64,000 nt of DNA, from the NCBI RefSeq assembly GCF_009914755.1, contig NC_060927.1. One strand, 5' to 3'. Position 1 is the first letter of the stretch; every line of letters starts with the position of its first letter. Below the pieces are notes generated by a model. The model saw only the letters and a program-made list of their open reading frames with translations, ran no database searches and had not been told where the DNA came from. Made by a program: the position numbers and the translations under genes. Shown piece by piece: positions 20,177-30,970 of the stretch. This DNA comes from the human T2T-CHM13v2.0 reference genome, Homo sapiens.

Positions 20177-21303
20177 CAGAAAACCCTATCTGGCAAACAA
20201 AAAAGCATGCAAATTAATTAAGCAGAAGAACCTTTCTTACGAAAGGTACACAGAAGGCCCAAAAACACATTAGACATTTCTAAAGATCACAAATTAGCAA
20301 ACACTGAAAGCGAGCTGTCAAAAAAAAATAAAGAAAAAAAGAAAAAGAAGCCTCCTCTGAACATAAGGTTCTTAAAAGACATTTTGAGAGGAATTAAATC
20401 TCTTGCACCTTTTAAACTCTCTTTCTCAGCTATCCATAGAGTTCGCTAGAGATGGAAGCAGCTCAGGGTGACACACCCTTCACTTATTTGGGGAATGTGA
20501 TTTTCCATCCTGCCATTTCCTGGCACCCAGACAAGTGTTATAAAAATATGTCATCATAAGCAGCCTAGAATAAATACTCAGATCTTCAGGGTTGTTTATC
20601 ATTTCTCAAATGTCTTCCCCAGTTTTTACAATCCTAGCTCTTTGTTACATTTGGGGAGGATAGGTTGTTTGGAATACTCCAGGATGGCCAACCCAAAGGT
20701 CGTTCACATAGGCCAGGGAGCATTCCAGCATGTGGCAACATGCCAGGAGGCTTACACTGAACCAATTTTACCTAGATTCCTGGCTCGAAGGATGCACATT
20801 CAATCCATTAAAATCAGCCCAAATGTTTCATTTTATTTGATGTGATTATTTTTGTTTAATTATGATCTTTGTCTTCTTGGCCAATGAATAAAACGTAATA
20901 GTATCTTTCCATAGAAGTTGAAAATGTACAACCACATCAGTGCTATGACATTGAATACGTTTAGGTGCAAGACGCCACCATAGGAGCCAGGGAACAGGGA
21001 AGAGAAAGTTGAATTCACACAGTGTCAGTCCTGCAGGGGCTCAGATGGGCAGTGGAAGGAAAAGATTCACACTGACCAATTCAATCAAGTCAAGTAAGTA
21101 CCACCTCTAGAATGCAACCTACCTTTTATGGTGACTCTTTTGGTCTGGCCTCACTCTATTTTATAAAAAGATTCTACACTTGTTCATTTAACATACAACT
21201 AGGACTAGTTAGTTAAACTCTCAATATATACTGGAATTAAACTAAATCTAGATTCTATAATTTTTATATTCTAAATCGTTATATATTTTTCATTAGAAAA
21301 TGT

Positions 21304-21543
21304 GTCAGGGGATAGTGGCTCACACCTGTAATCCCAGCATTTTGGGAGGCCGAGGAGGGCGGATTGCTTGAGCTCAGGAGTTCAAGACAAGCCTATATAA
21401 CATGGTGATACCGCGTCTCTACAAAAAATTTTTAAAACTAGCCGGGTGTGGTAGTGCACTCCTGTAGTTACAGCTACTCGGGAGGCTGCGGTGGGAGGAT
21501 GGCTTAAGTCCTTTTTGAGTGGGACCGTGTCTCAAAAAAGAAA
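21304..21543 (+). mobile_element. AluJ with internal right-arm deletion
   Basis: ggattgcttgagctcagg; ...ggatggcttaagtcc jumps to gagtgggaccgtgtctc. Confidence 0.9.
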
Positions 21544-22602
21544 GCAACAGTACTGACCATTTGGAGTATGGCTTCGTGTTAGGTACTATTTTGAATCACC
21601 TTCCAATGGTTTAATGAACTTGTACTGAATGGAGATGTGCCTTGGTGTGTGTTTGTAAACAAGTCCACCAGCCAAGACATACATGTGTAAACATCATCAC
21701 ACATTATAGCAGGATGTCTGTTACCACAAGGATCTGGCATTTCACATGACCTTAAAGAGCTCCTGGAGGCTTAGTTTTCAATGACAGCCTGTTTCATCTG
21801 TTAAATAAATAACAATACTTAGCTTTCATATTGTTATATTCTGCCTTTTGAAACATTTCCTGTAGCATGACTTTGCCAGTACAAAGCTGGCTTTTTAAGT
21901 GATTTGTCTGTAACCAGGCAGTTTTAGAACTTTTACTTCCTTAGTCTGTGCTAAAAAGCAATTCAAGAAGACTTAAAATTCTCCTGGGGGCTGATTTTAT
22001 AGCAACAGTGAAAGCGCACAAACGTTGCACTAGCAGCCAATTTCTTTCTTCAGTGAGGAAACAGCATCGCCGGTAGAGCCTCAGCACAAATGGTTTAACA
22101 CCATCGTAAAAACCACTAACCATTGGGTATTAACATACTTTTTATCATGAAGTTTTTATTGAAAATGATATTTGGAAGCTACTAATTTGGCGGTGATTTT
22201 TACCCTCTGGCATTGAAGGTGGATGCAACTTAACGTGCTTGGAGGACCACGGAACACCTTGGCCCAGCCAAGCTGGAGAAAAGAGATCTGCTTTCTCACC
22301 CGCTGCCTTGGTGGTCGTGAGCTCAGCTGCAGGGATGGGCAGTGGCTTTCGGATTCTCCTCCCAAGGCATGCTCAGCCAAAAAAGAAACAACTCCCACTC
22401 TGTCACCACCCTCATCCCTAGAACCGTGCCATAGGCCACTTGGGGAGGGGCTCGTACTAGCACGAGGCCAGTCTGTGCCACTGGGAGAGCATCACTCTTG
22501 GTCTTAGCATTGGCCCTACACAAAACACATGGGAAAACCTGTTCCTTTCTCAAAAAGAAGTCAAAACAGACTGCACATGCACATAGATGGGAGAGATGCA
22601 TC

Positions 22603-22634
22603 CAAAAAAAAAAAGAGAGAGAGAGAGAGAGAGA
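22603..22634. repeat. Poly-A followed by (GA)n microsatellite
   Basis: aaaaaaaaaaagagagagagagagagaga. Confidence 0.9.
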
Positions 22635-22990
22635 AATGTTTGTGCCCGCATTCTTCATTCCATCTGGCACACGATTGGAGTAAACTTATCTGGGCAAATG
22701 TCGGGCTCCGATCATTACCCTGAAAACCCTAGGGCCCTTTTGGAGAATGTCAGCGAGGCCATCGGTGTCGGTGTATGGGTGGACGGTGCATGTACCACAG
22801 AGCCAAATGTGAACCCTACACACGCCACCCAGAAAAACCTGGGCTTTTCCCAAAAGGAAGTGAAGACAGACCGCACGCTCACGGAAATAGCGTTTGTGCC
22901 TTCCTGCCATCTGGAACAGGAGCCCGGCAGGAGTAAACTGACGGGGGGAGTAAAATGCTGCTTTTTCCCAATACGTAGTTACGTTAGATC
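22635..22990. promoter_or_regulatory. CpG-enriched unique element (weak CpG-island-like; candidate promoter/enhancer)
   Basis: 17 CpGs counted in 22641-22985, non-repeat, against a CpG-poor background; E-box, forkhead-like and ETS-like motifs. Confidence 0.5.
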
Positions 22991-23384
22991 TGGATGTACC
23001 CAAACTATAGAGGGTCAAACTACAGCCAGATTTTCCTGTAAAATGTCACCTTCCATCTCAGGCTCCTGAAGAAACTCATGTCATTACCCACTGGCAAGTG
23101 GTTTATATGACAGTTTCAAGATGTTTGTATGTGTGTAGAAAACGTGTGTGTGTGAGTATGTAGAAACTCTATTATTAGGGTTGTTTTTCTTACAGAAAAA
23201 AGAAATTGTTCATGAAGAGTTGTAAGCATTTACTAGAGGATAAAATGTTCTGATATTGGGGTTTTGTTTGCTTCTTTGACGTTCTATTTGGCTTGGTTTG
23301 GTTTACATTAACCAGTCCAAATCCTACCAAAGAGACCAGGTTACCGGCCCCCCACGTCACTCTTTCCATTTTATTTTAGAATCA

Positions 23385-23522
23385 TACCGGGTTCTTATTA
23401 AAAATGGCCCTGTAAGAATAACTGAATCTGGATCTTTGGAAATGATCCGTAAGAATGTGCATCCCACCCCCACCCCAGCACGCCCAGGTGACTCCAATAT
23501 ACACTAAAGTTTATGAGCTCCT
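23385..23522. mobile_element. MER5B-like relic
   Basis: cttattaaaaatg...actgaatctggatct...cccaggtgactccaatatacactaaagttt. Confidence 0.5.
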
Positions 23523-25659
23523 GCCTTACAGATTTCATGGTGTGGCTTGTTATATAGCTCACTTTAAATAATGTAAAGGTCTCAACTTTCAAGTTTCTCC
23601 TTTGTTCTTTTCAATATGTCCTCAGTGCTAATCACAAGCAAAGGTGAGCTTTCCCACTTGAATTGGTGCCCATCTGTGGGGTGATCCGAGTGAACTGAAG
23701 GGGAAGAACTGTAGATGGAACTTCTACCAGACAAAGGAAAGCTTCCGCTTGCTCAGTATGCATTCTTTGGAGACAGCTATCTTCTCCAAAAATAATAAAT
23801 GACTGAGACATGACAAAATTCAGGATTCCCAGGACATTTTTTTTAAGTGAAAGAGGCAAAGCCTTTTCCCAGCTCAGCAGTTAATTTAGCACATTAAATG
23901 ACCGTGTGTCCTAATGGCAGTCTGGCCATGCCCTGGATGGCTGATCAGAAGTTGTGAGCAGATGTTGGAAAATTCACTGTGACTGAAACAATCTAACAAA
24001 TAAACGGGTTGGAGGATGGGATGGCCAAGGTAGTCAGCTTGTTATTATTTCTAGCTGTGTAGTTTCCACTTTGGTCTAAGCAAACAAGACTCATCTATTC
24101 AACATTTAGAATACAACAATGAATATTCAATCCTGGTTCTGATTTTTGGCAGAACCCAGCAAAATGAAAAAAGAAAAATCCTTTTCTTTCCCCTGGGGGT
24201 TTTGCAAATCTCCCTTGAAGGGGATTGGAGAAGCCTCTGCAGGAAGGCCAGCCCTAGCTTCAAGAAACTGCTTTGGTCTCTTTATGTATATTAGGACAAT
24301 TAACATCTAGTTTCACCATACAAAGGACTTTCTCTCCTTTTATGTTTTAGTTCTTAAAATACCCAGAATGGTGTACAGTAAAACTGTTCACTTGAGAAAT
24401 TAAGTACCGTATGTGATAAGACAGTTGGATGAAATTTTTAAGCTGTCATTAAAAATGATTATAATTAGGACAAACTACAAGAAAATGCTTTAAAATTGAG
24501 ACCCAAGTGAATTAAAAATTAAGGGGTGTATTATGTATTATCATGTTGAAGGGCTGGGTTTTACGTGGCTAACACCCATTAACACTACCACAGGTTGCCT
24601 GCATAAATCCCCACATACGGAGACAAGAAGACACCCCTCTCATTTGTTTTAGCTGAACTGCCTGAGAACTTGCAGCATGCTAACAAGATAGTTCTTTCAG
24701 TGGCTCAAAGCTAGCAGGGCAAGGAGGAAATGTCAACAATGCATCGTTTCCTCTTCTGTGAGAGTTTCTCCTAAGAAATCTTTTCTATCCAGAGAGGACA
24801 TTAAAATACTTCACACCAAGTTTGCGTTTTCTCTTATCCTGAAGTATGTCCCAGAACCATCAAGGGTGAACCTATAATGATGTCATTGAAATCGTCTTTA
24901 TTCCCTCGGGGGTAAAAGAGTCTTTAGCCACTTACTCGCTTGGGAAAATTAGAATCAGACATGTTCAGTCATGCCCAAGTACCTAAAGGCCACACAGGCC
25001 AAGTTCATCTTACTATTAGCAGGTCCCAAAGATGGTGCAAAGTAGTCTGTTGCTTTCTTTATCAAGCCACATATCAGATCAGCCTACTTTCATCTCCCAC
25101 AGGTCTCTGTAAGTTATCCTCCTCTCTTTGATCTCCTTTCATCTGCTATAACTCACCATCCATTAGCATTTTGCATCCCTCAGCCCTCCCAGGGACTCTC
25201 ATAGATTGTGAAGAAACAGAATTTCAAAGCTTATACTTTCTTATACTAATGTTGACCTCTCGTAGCATTAGTTCAATGCACTCTTCAGCTAAGAAAATCC
25301 TGGACTTTTGGACCTTTTCCTCACCTTGGAGTTGGGGGAGGGAATAGCAGATATATGAAAGTTACATTAAGGGAGCAGACAGGAAGTCCTCTTTTGTCAC
25401 GGCATCTTGAGGCAGAAGGAGCAAGGGTAACTGAACACCCAGGCCACAGCTACACATGTGCCAGCAGGGGTGGGCTCCCATTGAGTCGGTGTTCAATAAA
25501 ACTGTGTTGATTGGCTCTCTAAGGTAGGAACTTAACTCATAGAACAAGGCAAAGACAGAAAGGCTTTTGTTTTTACAGAATTAATATTGGCAATTTTGAT
25601 TATTCAAGAGACAACCCAAAGTACTATGGTCTTTTGCACTTATAATTGTGCAGATGTAC

Positions 25660-26570
25660 TGTGGTGGGCAGAGGCTTGGCCTCCATCATCCCCACACCCT
25701 GGTATTCACACCTTTGTGTAATCCCTTCTCCTTGAGTGCAGACAGACATGTGACTTGCTTCTAACCACTGGGTTATAGCACACGGGGCTTCTAATCACTA
25801 GGATATAGTGTGTATTTACAAGTAATGATTACATAAGACTGTAGTGCTGTCTTGCTGGAATGTCTCCCTCCTCTTTTGCTGTCTAAGAGGCACACTGCCT
25901 TCAAGTAAGTGACATGTTGGCGAAACCCATGTGGCAAGGAGCTGTAGATAGCCTCCAGATGCTGAGAGTGACCAAAAGCTGACAGCTAGCCAAAAAAAAA
26001 AAAAAAAAAAAAAAAAAGAAAAGAAAAAAAAGTGCTCTCAATCCTATAACCGCAAGGAACTGAATCTACCTACAACTTATGAGCAGGAAAACAGGCCTTC
26101 CCTGGCCAAGCCTCCACTTGAGACCCTACCCCTGGCTGACACTTCAGTTGTAGTCTTCTGAGGCCCGAAGCAGATAACCCAACTAAGCCAACACTAGACC
26201 ATCTCATACAAACTGAGATAATAAAAGTGTATTGGCCAGGTGCAGTGGTACATGCTTATAATCCCAGCACTTTGGGAGGCCGAGGCAGTCAGATCACTTG
26301 AGCCCAGGCATTCAAGATCAGCCTGAGCAACATGACAAAACCCCATCTCTACAAAAAATACAAAAATTAGCTGGGCATGATAGTGCATGCCTAGAGTCCC
26401 AGCTACTCGAGAGGCTGAGGTGGGAGGATCACTTGAGCCCGGGAGGTCAAGGCTGCAATGAGCCAAGATTGCACTCCAGCCTGGGCATCAGAGTGAGACC
26501 CTGTCTCAAAAAAAAAAAAAAAATGTCTAAGTTTGCAATGACTTGTTATACAGCAATAGGTAACTAACAC
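25660..26570 (+). mobile_element. MLT1E-type solo LTR containing an Alu and an A26 tract
   Basis: tgtggtgggcag...ctggtattcacacctttgtgtaatccc...gcaaggaactgaat...ttgttatacagcaatagg.aactaac. Confidence 0.85.
26234..26523 (+). mobile_element. AluJ
   Basis: Dimeric Alu, gatcacttgagccc in both arms, poly-A tail. Confidence 0.95.
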
Positions 26571-27124
26571 GGGTGCTAATTTGGATTCATGTATGGTAAG
26601 TTTAGATTTTAAGAGCTCATCCCTTGATTCATGAACGAGTACCTCAACATCACTTTCTTGCCTCTATACTTTGTCTTTTGCAAATGCCAAAATTCTTACT
26701 ACAGATGCAAGAGAGTCCCTTAAATTTTTTCTGTGGTGCTTAACTACCATTTTTGGCCAAAATTATATTTGCAATGGTCTCAAGACATATCCCTCCCAAA
26801 TGTCAAGTGTCTGCTACATAAGCTCACAGGAGAGATGAGACCTTTTAACAAAAAGTCTCCTCAGCCCTGAGTAGAGATTTATCACTTCACCTAGAAGAGA
26901 GATTTTTTTTTTAACTTTCTCATATAAGACAACCTGTAGGACTGTTGCTCAGGAAGGCACACTGAAAGACTGCAAAACCGGGGTTCAATGATTAGACATA
27001 TTGTTATAGGGGAAGCTAACTCAGTGTTCAAACTGAAGTCATTGTTAATGATCTCTAATATATTACCATTCCAGAACAAAAGAGTGTGGGTGGGTTGGTT
27101 AGATTAGATCACTCATTGCATTAA

Positions 27125-27222
27125 GCTTTTGGGGTTTTGTGGGGATTTTTTTTTTTTTTTTTTGCAGGGGGACGGGGTTGGTAGGGGTTTTTGTTTTTTG
27201 TTTGTATTTTTGATTTTTTTTT
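27125..27222. repeat. T/G-rich low-complexity tract
   Basis: Runs of T (up to ~17) alternating with G4-5 runs. Confidence 0.8.
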
Positions 27223-27579
27223 AACTCTCAAGGTCTGTTAAAGATCTTGTGAATATTGATTTTGTATGTAAAAACCCCCTTACCTCTTTTCTCCTCACCC
27301 CTAACCCCAGCATTATAAAATCAATTTCTTCATCTTGGTTGAGCTTATGTTTCTGTATTTTTTAAACCACAGTAGTTTCTCCTATGATTCATAAGCTGAA
27401 TTCCTCTATATGTAACACATGATTCAGCAAACCTACGTGATATGATTCCATCATCATAAGTAACCACATAGTTTGCTGTCGTGGAAGATCGCTAGACAAT
27501 GCTTGTCCTCAGTCTAGATATTCATGGAAGCATCACCTTCCCTTCCTGGATGGAATTTTCAAGTCATGACATCATTGAA

Positions 27580-27715
27580 ACCATTTATTGACTACTTCTT
27601 ACAATGTGCCAGGCACAGTGCGGGTACTTCATACACATTTGGTTCATCCACGCTTTTGTGAGGCTGGTATTTGTCCTCTTATTTACCAGAATAAGAAACT
27701 GAGGCTTAGAGGCTA
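27580..27715 (-). mobile_element. MIR
   Basis: catttattga...tgtgccaggcac...agaataagaaactgaggcttagagg. Confidence 0.7.
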
Positions 27716-27969
27716 TGTTTATATTACCTTCTATATAACACCTGTGTAAATTACATGTGGCGATTTGAAGGAATGATTTGATTCAGGGTTAGAAATGCCA
27801 GTGTTTGTATACCTTAAACAAAATGAAAATTTTCTGATCCTATTTCAATATAAGAATTATCCTAACGTAATTTGACATGTAAAGTAATAAAAGCCTCATT
27901 CCTCTTAATAGGTTTTCCCAGTGGCAAAATAAAGAAATCAAATTCTGGCATAGCTAATCAGCACACAGC

Positions 27970-28130
27970 CTATTTAGACCTTGGTTCTGGTCTCAGTTCT
28001 TTTTTTGGTTCACTCTGCAGCATTGGATAGGTCATGTCACCTGTCTCTGCTACAGTTTACTCATCTGTGAGAGGAAGGAAACATACTAAAATTTCATCTA
28101 AGGAGAGCTTCCAGCTCGAAGACTCTGTGC
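27970..28130 (+). mobile_element. MIR/MIR3 fragment
   Basis: gaccttggttct...cagtttactcatctgt...cttccagctc. Confidence 0.5.
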
Positions 28131-29852
28131 CTACCTTGTTATCATTATAATTTTTGTTTATTACTTAAACTTTTATTCTGATGACAAAAGCAACATCATA
28201 TGTATACGTACGTACACCCACATATATATACATATACATATATATGCATATTTTAGGGGTTTATTTTTAAAGTAATGAAAGGCAAATTAGATTTCTTTCT
28301 CATTAGTCACCAACCATTCAGGAGCAGTAATGTCACTATCATTGATTCTGGTGTTTCGATCACAACTCTTCTGAAAAAGTGCCCGAGTTATAGTCATTGG
28401 GCATTTGGGGAATGTCTAGCCACCTCTTACCCCCGCCAACCTGGCTGGACTTCAAGATTAAAGCAGACTGATTAGCAAGGAATCCCTATTCCGGGCCTTA
28501 AAATGAAATCCCTGGGAGTTGCCAGACATAAAGTGATTTGATGCCAAAACATCCAGGTGGGGGAAAAAATAATAAATTATAGGGATATTTTATATGTACA
28601 ATTCCAAATATGGTTACGTGTAGTTTGGAAACATCTGGGTGATGAATTGGAATTTCACTTTTGCTTCAGCTCTTCGGCATAACGTAAACACAGCCTGCAA
28701 GTCCCTAGAGATAAATGGGAGAGTTGGAAACTGCAAAAGGTAGATAGAGACAAAATCAGATTTTAAAACTGCGTCCCGTGCTGCTTGCCAAGTGGGAAAA
28801 AATTCTAAAAATTCAAAGCAGTCCAGAGCATTTTCTCTCATAGTTAAATTAAAGATATAGCATCCCAGGTAGCTAAAATTAGAAGCTATTTTGCATATTC
28901 TTTCACCCTTTAGATGTAAAGTTTGGAGAAATATGTATTTTTTACATTTTAGTTTATATTTGTTTTAAAGGCCTATTAATGTGCTGTTGGTTACAGTTTT
29001 CTCCTACTGATTCTACATATGAACTAAGATTTGGGGCATTGAAAGAACTATTTTCTGAAAATAGTCTTCAAAAGTGCTATCCCTTTAAAAGTCCCAGATG
29101 AAGATATTTGCTATACAGCACAGGCAGTTACAGTATGAATTTTAAAGCCTTTCACATACAATTACTTGCAATAACTTAGTCTCTTTCCCAGCCTATAATA
29201 AATCATGTATATATAAATGCTACAGAATTTAAATATGAGCAGAGTTTTAGTATAATAGTATATCACTAAGAACCAGTATTTTTGTTATATATAGTACTGT
29301 TTAACATAAGTGAAGTAAAATCTCATTGATTTGGGTTTACTAATTCAGAGTTGGTGGAGCCGGCTTGAAGTTGACTCTTCATTAGGGAAGTCATTCTTCA
29401 TAGAAAGCTCAAATTAAAGGTGTAAATAAGACTGCAAATGGGAATGTATAAAGTACTTAAGAGTAAATTTAAAGTACTTTAGAAGTACCATTTGCATATG
29501 AAATTGTTATGCTAATTATAAGTAATTCTTATTAAAGTAGGTCTCCTAAGATGATCTTCTAGGCAAGTTCCCTTAGTGAATTTGAGTTACAGAATGTGGT
29601 AGGAAGTAATAAACCAGAGTTTCTTTTAAATACTGTACTCGCTAATTCAGAATTTTCATTAATTGTAAATTATCTTCTTGCTAATTAATCCAAATTGCTA
29701 ACATTTTGCTAGCAATGTCAATTCAGTTCCTAACTGTCTTTCTAGAAAGTTCAAGTAAGGTTTTAAAAATAGGATTAAATCGTAGCTTTCTAACTAAATT
29801 TTGTATTTCCCAACATCACACTGGTGCCGCTATTATGGTCTAACATTGTGTA

Positions 29853-30650
29853 CAGTCAGCTCTCCATATCTGTGGGCTCCACAACTGCAGATTCAACCAA
29901 CCGCAGACAGAAAATATGTGGGGGAAAAAATAACAAAAATTAACAATACAACAAAAAAATACAAATTTTAAAACAATACAGTATAACTATTTACATAGCA
30001 TTTGCATTGTGTTAGGTATTATTAAGGGAGGAGACCACCCTTCGTATTGTCTTATGCCCAATTTCTGCCTCCAAAGAAAGAAAAAGTAAAAACTAAAAGG
30101 CAGAAATGAAATCCACAAGCAGACAGCCCGGTGCCACACCCTGGGCCTGGTAGTTAAAGATCGACCCCTGACCTAATCGGTTATGTTAACTATAGATTAC
30201 AGACATTGTATAGAGAAGCTCTGTGAAAGTCCCTATCCTGTTTTGTTCCGATCTAATTACCGGTGCATGCAGCCCCCAGTCACGTACCCTCTGCTTGCTC
30301 AATCGATCACAACCCTCTCACTCGCACCCTCTTAGAGTTGTGAGCCCTTAAAAGGGACAGAAATTGCTCACTCAGGGAGCTTGGCTATTGAGACAGGAGT
30401 CTTGCCGATGCCCCCGGCCGAATAAACCCCTTCCTTCTTTAACTCGGTGTCTGAGGAGTTTTGTCTGCGGCTCGTCCTGCTACATTATAAGCAATCTGGA
30501 GATGATTTAAAGTAAACAGAAGGATGTGCTTTGGTTATATGCAAATACTATACCATTTTATGTCATACATATCATGGACTTGATTATCCATGGAGTTTGG
30601 AATCCTGAAGGGTCTAGAATCAATCCTCTTTGGATACCAAGAAATGACTG
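29853..30650 (+). mobile_element. Tigger3a (MER7A) TcMar MITE interrupted by LTR2
   Basis: TA|cagtcagctctccatatc...gattcaaccaaccgc...ggataccaagaaatgactg|TA. Confidence 0.9.
30023..30484 (+). mobile_element. LTR2 (HERV-E/Harlequin) solo LTR
   Basis: taagggaggagaccaccc...gtcctgctaca; perfect 4-bp TSD ttat; cttaaaag TATA-like box; AATAAA at 30421. Confidence 0.93.
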
Positions 30651-30970
30651 TATTTCCCAGTGTTTAGAGCTGACGTGCAGGTAAAAGTTACTAAGAAAAA
30701 TATAGAGTGAAGTAAAACTTTCCAACTAAGGTGACTCAAATTAGAATCGGTTGCCTCCTCAAGTAAGTGAAGTTCAAGATTAAAGTTTGTCAATAAAGAA
30801 TCCAATGAAAAGCTAGGTGACAGAGAAAGCCAAGTAGTAGACTAGCAGTTAGACTTACCAAGCAAAAGGTAACCCTAGTCAGCCATACATCAGTTGCTGG
30901 ATAACTAGGCATTCATGTTTAAGTTCCTGTAAATATAACGTGGAAGCAACCATTTGGAAAATGGAGATGA

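Noticed and set aside
22587-23069. 160-aa ORF with basic KKKRERERER start, and the antisense 110-aa ORF
   Set aside because: The charged tract is just the A/(GA)n microsatellite; no recognisable domain; GC-richer DNA gives longer chance ORFs.
25992-26031. Long A tract as the tail of a retrocopy
   Set aside because: MLT1E sequence is colinear on both sides; no inserted body or TSD.
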